Source of the DNA: Pirellulales bacterium
Lineage (GTDB): Bacteria > Planctomycetota > Planctomycetia > Pirellulales > PALSA-1355
Assembly: GCA_050250435.1 (NCBI GenBank)
Contig: JBFWOR010000012.1
Coordinates: 1-64,000 of the forward strand
DNA length: 64,000 nucleotides
Direction of reading: 5' to 3'
Shown here piece after piece: positions 59,586 to 64,000 of the stretch; position 1 is the stretch's first letter, and each line of letters opens with the position of its first letter. The notes under the pieces were generated by a model. The model was not told the DNA's origin. It searched no databases and saw only the letters and a list, made by a program, of their open reading frames with translations. The translations under genes and the position numbers were made by a program.

Positions 59586-60296
59586 TCAGGCAGCCGCTCG
59601 TGTGGGCGCGGGCGCTGAAACGTCAACTGCGGCGCTGGCAGTTTGACCGTACCGGTTGCAGTAACGGTCGTGCCACTTGGCGGCCTCTGCTGCGGGAATG
59701 GTAACCGGCTGTGCCATTTGCATGGCCAGCAACACGGTGCGAGCGACATCTTCGACCATTACGGCCGCCTTGAGCGCGGCTTCTGCCGACGGTCCCCAAG
59801 TGAACACTCCGTGTTGGCCCAACAGAATGGCCGGCGCCCGATTGCGATGAGCGAGAATGGCGCGGCCGATTGCGTCGCCCTCGTTGCTGACATACGGGGT
59901 GCAAGGAATGGCGTCACCGAACTCGTCGGCGATGGCGGTCAGGCACAGCGGAATGGGCTTCAAGCAGGCCGCGAAGGCCGTGGCATGGTTGCTGTGCGTG
60001 TGCACGATGCTGCGCACGTCGCGCAGGTGCCGATAGAGAAACAAATGGTGCGGCAGGTCGACGCTGGGTCGCCTTTCGCCTCGTACCACTCGGCCGCTCT
60101 CCAAGTCAACTTCCACGATGTCGTCGGGCGAGATGCATTCGTAGTCCATGCCCGAGGGCTTGATGTATACCCGGCCGTGCTCGGGGTCCAGCACGCTGCC
60201 GTTGCCAGAATGCATCACGACCAACTGGTGCTTGGGCAGGGCCTGGTTCAAGCGACAGGTGGCAAGGCGCAGTTCGTCGTGAGGCGCGGCGGGCAT
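59586..60296 (-). CDS. Class II aldolase/adducin-family protein (L-ribulose-5-phosphate 4-epimerase/fuculose-phosphate aldolase-like).
   Basis: GNGSV...IKPSGMDYE, HTHS and HGVFTWG metal-binding and active-site motifs. Confidence 0.8.
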   Translation of the reverse strand: MPAAPHDELRLATCRLNQALPKHQLVVMHSGNGSVLDPEHGRVYIKPSGMDYECISPDDIVEVDLESGRVVRGERRPSVDLPHHLFLYRHLRDVRSIVHTHSNHATAFAACLKPIPLCLTAIADEFGDAIPCTPYVSNEGDAIGRAILAHRNRAPAILLGQHGVFTWGPSAEAALKAAVMVEDVARTVLLAMQMAQPVTIPAAEAAKWHDRYCNRYGQTASAAVDVSAPAPTRAAA

Positions 60297-60368
60297 GGCG
60301 GGACTCCTCAGAGGCCTGGAGGCAACTGGCCGGCAATTTGGGGAGCGGTATATAAACGCCCCGTCGCG

Positions 60369-60573
60369 CCGACGTCAAGGCGAGCGCCGTGCTAGCACGC
60401 GCGAGCGCGGCAGGTTGCGCTTGCGCAGCGGGCGGACCGGCGCGGGCCAATTCGCATGGCACGTTTTGTTGAAAACTGTTACCTTCCTGCTCCGCCCGCC
60501 GCTGGAAATTCCGCACGGACGCCGCCCCGCTCCCGCCCGAATCGACTCGCGCTCAGCAGTGAAAGGATTCACG
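60369..60573 (+). promoter_or_regulatory. Conserved 5' leader/regulatory region of membrane paralog 1. Blocks: gccgacgtcaagg; AAGGCGAGCGCCGTGCTAGCA (palindrome CGTGCTAGCACG); GGGCCAATTCGCATGG; CTGTTACCTTCCTGCTCCGC; CCGCACGG; GCAGTGAAAGGATTCACG-ATG.
   Basis: The blocks recur in the same order and spacing upstream of paralog 2 (62388-62650), while the intervening sequence has diverged. A TATATAA lies at 60349-60355 just upstream. Confidence 0.5.
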
Positions 60574-62382
60574 ATGAGTATCGCGGATCATCCGTCCCAT
60601 CCCGCGCTGCGCCGCCGCTGGTTGGCTTGGTCTGCGGGCGAAGCTTCGCTCGGCGTGGCGACGCGCGTCTGCCGCCGTGCCTGGCAGGCGCTGCGGTCCG
60701 ATCGGCCATTGGTCATGGGGATTGTGTGGGGCCTGGCGGCCTGGATCGTTCTGGAATTGCTATTCGTCGGCTGGGTTCACCGCAATGCCGAGGGCGTTTC
60801 GTACCGCGCCTTTCTTCCCGGCGTGATGTTGGGCCAGACCGAGGCCGAACGCGCGTCGGGCTGGCAGCCCGTGTGCAAGGTGGGCTTCGACGGCCAGCAG
60901 TACTATCGCATTTCGAACGACCTGTTGGCGCGAAAGAACCCCGCCAACGCCATGACGAACGTGATCTATCGCTATCAGCGCATTGGCATGCCGCTGATCG
61001 CCGGCTCTGTGGCTGGATTGCTGGGATACAGCGTGACGCCGCCCTTGTTGTATCACTCGCTGCAAATCGGCTTGACGTGCGTGGGGTTTGGCGCGCTGGT
61101 GTATTGGCTCGTGGCGCACCGCCTGAGTCCGGCGTACGCGCTGGGCTGGCTGCTGGCGGGCGGCACCATCAACGCGCTGTGGGTGGGCGTGGCCGATGCG
61201 CCGGGCGACGCGTTTTTTATCTTAGCCATGCTGGCGATTTTGTCGCGCCGGCTGTGGGCCTACGTGCCCCTGGCCACGTTGATGGTTCTGACGCGGGAAG
61301 GCTATGTCGCCTTCGCCTTCCCAATCTTCTTGCTCACCGCTTTGGGGCGATGCGGCTGGCAGTCGGGCACCGGCGAATGGAAGATGCTGCCCACGTTCAC
61401 GTGGCGCGACGTGACCGGCTACTGGAAGCCGGTGCTGTTGACGGCGCTGCCGGGGATCATCGTCGTCGGCTGGACGTTGTTCCTGGAGGTGCAGCTGCAG
61501 ACCTCGGCGCGCGAAGCGCGCAGCGATCCGAACATGCAAGGCTGGCCCTTCGTGGCCCTGGTGGAATATCTGAAACTCACGTTTCGCGACGGCAACTGGG
61601 TGCAACTTCGGCTGTTGCTGGCGAGCGCATTCACCGTGGTGGGCGTACTGCTGTTGCTGGTGCGCAACGTACGGCGGGCACCGCTGGCGCTGTTGTGCGC
61701 GGCTCCCTACCTGCTGTTGATCGCTTCGCTGGGCAACTACACCTGGGAACACTACATCTGCTTTTTGCGCGTGATCGGCGGCCCCATTGCGATTGGCGTG
61801 CTGCTATTGCCCTACGACAAGTCGCTCGTGCTGCGCTTCATGCTGGCCCTGCAGGCGATGGTCGGGCTGGACTTGCAAATCGAGCAGCGGCTTTTTCACT
61901 CGCGTCAGTTCTCGCCGTACCTGATCCATGAAGACGAAGGCTTTGCACCCAATCCCGCCGGCGCTCCGGACAACCCGCTGCTTACCGATTTGCGCAGCAG
62001 CGTCGAATGGACCGATGCCAAGCCGGTGTTGCGCATGGACTATCACGGCGTCTGGTCGCGCGTGCATCGCGAAGTTCGGCCGGTGACCATCGCCGTCACG
62101 AATCACTCGGATGTCACCTGGCAGCCAGGCAAAGGTCAGCATGCGATTTACCTGGGCTGCAGAATCTACGACGAGTCCGGTCAGCGCCAACTCGCCGAGC
62201 ACTCCGCCATTCTCACCCAGCCCATCGCGCCCGGGGAGACAAAAAACCTCTCGGCCTACCTCGAGCTGTGGCGGCCGGGTCGCAACTACGTCGTTGAATT
62301 CTCGCTGTGGCAGGAGGGGAAAGGCTGGTTTGTGCAGACGGATGCCACGTTTGGGCGGCGCTACGAGTATCGCGTCGAATGA
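60574..62382 (+). CDS. Polytopic integral membrane protein (~450-aa TM domain plus a ~150-aa C-terminal soluble domain), paralog 1. Function unknown.
   Basis: Start at MSIADHPSHP (60574) preceded by AAAGGA. About 10-12 hydrophobic helices. A conserved loop motif VGFDGQQYY...YRYQRIGMP. The track's N-terminal extension from 60295 would read through the conserved leader and is rejected. Confidence 0.7.
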   Translation: MSIADHPSHPALRRRWLAWSAGEASLGVATRVCRRAWQALRSDRPLVMGIVWGLAAWIVLELLFVGWVHRNAEGVSYRAFLPGVMLGQTEAERASGWQPVCKVGFDGQQYYRISNDLLARKNPANAMTNVIYRYQRIGMPLIAGSVAGLLGYSVTPPLLYHSLQIGLTCVGFGALVYWLVAHRLSPAYALGWLLAGGTINALWVGVADAPGDAFFILAMLAILSRRLWAYVPLATLMVLTREGYVAFAFPIFLLTALGRCGWQSGTGEWKMLPTFTWRDVTGYWKPVLLTALPGIIVVGWTLFLEVQLQTSAREARSDPNMQGWPFVALVEYLKLTFRDGNWVQLRLLLASAFTVVGVLLLLVRNVRRAPLALLCAAPYLLLIASLGNYTWEHYICFLRVIGGPIAIGVLLLPYDKSLVLRFMLALQAMVGLDLQIEQRLFHSRQFSPYLIHEDEGFAPNPAGAPDNPLLTDLRSSVEWTDAKPVLRMDYHGVWSRVHREVRPVTIAVTNHSDVTWQPGKGQHAIYLGCRIYDESGQRQLAEHSAILTQPIAPGETKNLSAYLELWRPGRNYVVEFSLWQEGKGWFVQTDATFGRRYEYRVE

Positions 62383-62387
62383 GGAAG

Positions 62388-62650
62388 CCGACGTCACAAG
62401 GCCTGGGGCAAGCGGCCGGCACGAAACCGGACCATGGCCGGCGCCGCGTCGCCGGAAGGGAAGGCGAGCACCGTGCTAGCAAACCGTGCCGCGTACGTCG
62501 GCAGCGGCCGCTCCCTTCGCAGGGGCCCAATTCGCATGGAGTGATTGTTCCAAAGCTGTTACCTTCCTGCTCCGCATCAGAGCCCCCGCACGGCTGCTGC
62601 CTCGATCCCCGCCGATTCGTCCCGCGCGCTTCGCAGTGAAAGGATTCACG
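62388..62650 (+). promoter_or_regulatory. Second copy of the block-conserved leader, upstream of membrane paralog 2. A ~60-nt insertion carrying a GGCCGG...CCATGGCCGG hairpin lies between the first two blocks.
   Basis: Blocks at 62388-62404, 62460-62480, 62522-62538, 62554-62574, 62585-62592 and 62625-62650. Confidence 0.5.
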
Positions 62651-64000
62651 ATGAGTATCGCGGATCATCCGTCGCGTCCCGCGCTGGGGCATCGCGCGCC
62701 CGGCTGGTTCGCCGGCGGAGCGCCGCACACCACACCGGCCAGTAGGCTCGTCGCGGCCTGGCACGCGCTGCGGGCGAACCGCCCCTTGTTTCTAGGCATC
62801 TTGTGGGGGCTGACGGCCTGGGTCGCGCTTGAAACTGCGTTTCTCGCTTGGGCTCACCGCAATCTGGAAGGCGTCACCCAGCGGGCATTTCTGCCCGGAC
62901 AGGTGTTCGGTGTTCCCGAGCGTGAGGCGGCCGCCAACTATCATCCCGTCAGCAGAGTCGGCTACGACGGGCAGTTCTACTACTGGATGTCCAACGACAT
63001 CTTCGCGCGCTACGACGCGCAGCGGCACATGGACGCGCCGCTATATCGTTATCAGCGCATCGGCATTCCCATGCTGGCCGGCGGGCTGGCAACCGCGATG
63101 GGTCTCGAACTCACCCCCGCAAGGCTCTATCACACGCTGCAATTCGGCCTGACGTCGGCCGGCTTCGGAGCGCTGGTTTATTGGCTCAAACGGAACGGTC
63201 TCAATCCGGCTTACGCCCTGGGTTGGCTCATCTCGGGCGGAACGTTGCAGTCGTTGTGGCTGGGGATCCTCGACGCGCCATCCGATGCGATGTTCGTCTT
63301 CACGCTGCTGGCAGTGCTGGGAAGGCGTTTACTGTGGTACGTGCCGATCGCCACGCTCATGCTGCTGACGCGCGAGGGCTACGTTGTCTACGCCTTGGCG
63401 ATGTTCCTGGCGACGGCGGCGGCGCCCCTCGTGGCCAGGGCGACCGGCGGACGCGCGCAGCGCTTCGGCTGTTTCGCCTGGCGAGACGTCGGCAACTACT
63501 GGCACGCAGTCGTGCTGGCGGCGGTGCCCGGCGTCGTAATGCTCTCGTGGACAGCGTACCTGGCAATTCATTTTCAATTGTCGCCGACGGCGGTTCGCGG
63601 CGGTTCCGATGCGACCCATTGGCCGTATTACATGATGGCGCATTACGCGGAAGTCTTTTTTCGCCGCGGCAATTGGTTTGAATTGCGGTTGCTACTGGTC
63701 AGCGGGTTCTCGCTATTGTTGATTTCGGCGCTGCTGGTCCGCGATTTTCGGCACCTGCCGGTGGCCTTGATCTGCACCGTGCCATACGTGCTCCTGACCG
63801 CGGCGCTGGGAAACATGGTGTGGGAGGCCTGGATCGGCCACATGAAAGCCAGCGGCGCGATCCTCGTCATCGGACTGTTCCTGATGCCCTTTGACAAATC
63901 CGTGTTGCTGCGATTCGTGCTGATGCTCCAAGCGGTCGTCGGAGTGGACTTGCAAACCCAGCTGCGGGTAATGGACGGGCAGTTGCTCTGCCCGCACCTC
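62651..64000 (+). CDS. Polytopic integral membrane protein, paralog 2 (3' end beyond the window). It is absent from the ORF track because no stop occurs before the window end.
   Basis: A manual frame-2 translation from the ATG at 62651 gives MSIADHPSRPALGHRAPGW...VGYDGQFYYWMSNDIFAR...YRYQRIGIPMLAGG... with no stop to nt 64000. It is collinear with paralog 1 throughout. Confidence 0.7.
   Translation, partial: MSIADHPSRPALGHRAPGWFAGGAPHTTPASRLVAAWHALRANRPLFLGILWGLTAWVALETAFLAWAHRNLEGVTQRAFLPGQVFGVPEREAAANYHPVSRVGYDGQFYYWMSNDIFARYDAQRHMDAPLYRYQRIGIPMLAGGLATAMGLELTPARLYHTLQFGLTSAGFGALVYWLKRNGLNPAYALGWLISGGTLQSLWLGILDAPSDAMFVFTLLAVLGRRLLWYVPIATLMLLTREGYVVYALAMFLATAAAPLVARATGGRAQRFGCFAWRDVGNYWHAVVLAAVPGVVMLSWTAYLAIHFQLSPTAVRGGSDATHWPYYMMAHYAEVFFRRGNWFELRLLLVSGFSLLLISALLVRDFRHLPVALICTVPYVLLTAALGNMVWEAWIGHMKASGAILVIGLFLMPFDKSVLLRFVLMLQAVVGVDLQTQLRVMDGQLLCPHL

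Noticed and set aside
60295-60573. N-terminal extension of the 60295-62382 ORF (MAGLLRGLEATGR...).
   Set aside because: It would translate through the block-conserved non-coding leader. Both paralogs share an identical SD+ATG (AAAGGATTCACG-ATG) and identical first 8 residues at 60574/62651, which makes 60574 the real start.

Overview
High-GC (~65-68%) chromosomal window that looks planctomycetal. Three tandem gene pairs of planctomycete-specific families are present: cytochrome-c-like PSD1/DUF1553 proteins with CxxCH motifs next to DUF1501 sulfatase-like proteins, and a DUF1592-type giant protein next to a DUF1552 protein. Gene density is high. Most long antisense ORFs in the track are shadow ORFs and were not called.

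Main content:
- an arsR-arsM-(NDH-2) metalloid cluster;
- a flotillin-like SPFH protein;
- a GntR regulator leading a PSD1/DUF1501/DUF1592/DUF1552 block;
- a large Wzx/Wzy-type exopolysaccharide locus (32.7-44.2 kb). It contains a Wzz/GumC co-polymerase, a degenerate BY-kinase-like ATPase, and a priming sugar transferase carrying an N-terminal degenerate GGDEF-like domain that keeps an RxxD I-site. It also contains a deacetylase, flippase, CelD-like acetyltransferase, O-antigen-ligase-like polymerase and three glycosyltransferases, and ends at a bona fide GGDEF diguanylate cyclase;
- a 1953-aa surface protein (glyoxal/galactose-oxidase-like + Calx-beta + FN3 + two L-type lectin modules) with intragenic duplication, and a paralogous partial gene at the window start;
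- an orphan kdpD-kdpE pair;
- a TPR-heptosyltransferase fusion.

The most unusual items are at 60.3-64.0 kb and 29.4-32.5 kb. At 60.3-64.0 kb two tandem paralogous polytopic membrane-protein genes each carry the same block-conserved ~200-nt leader. The shared blocks are a GTGCTAGCAC palindrome, CCAATTCGCATGG, CTGTTACCTTCCTGCTCCGC (a possible anti-SD) and an identical SD/start. At 29.4-32.5 kb there is a divergent pair of paralogous hypothetical genes. Their intergenic region carries a minus-strand intrinsic terminator, pointing to an sRNA or attenuator. Next to them is a C1 peptidase homolog lacking the catalytic His.

No rRNA, intact tRNA or CRISPR array was found.
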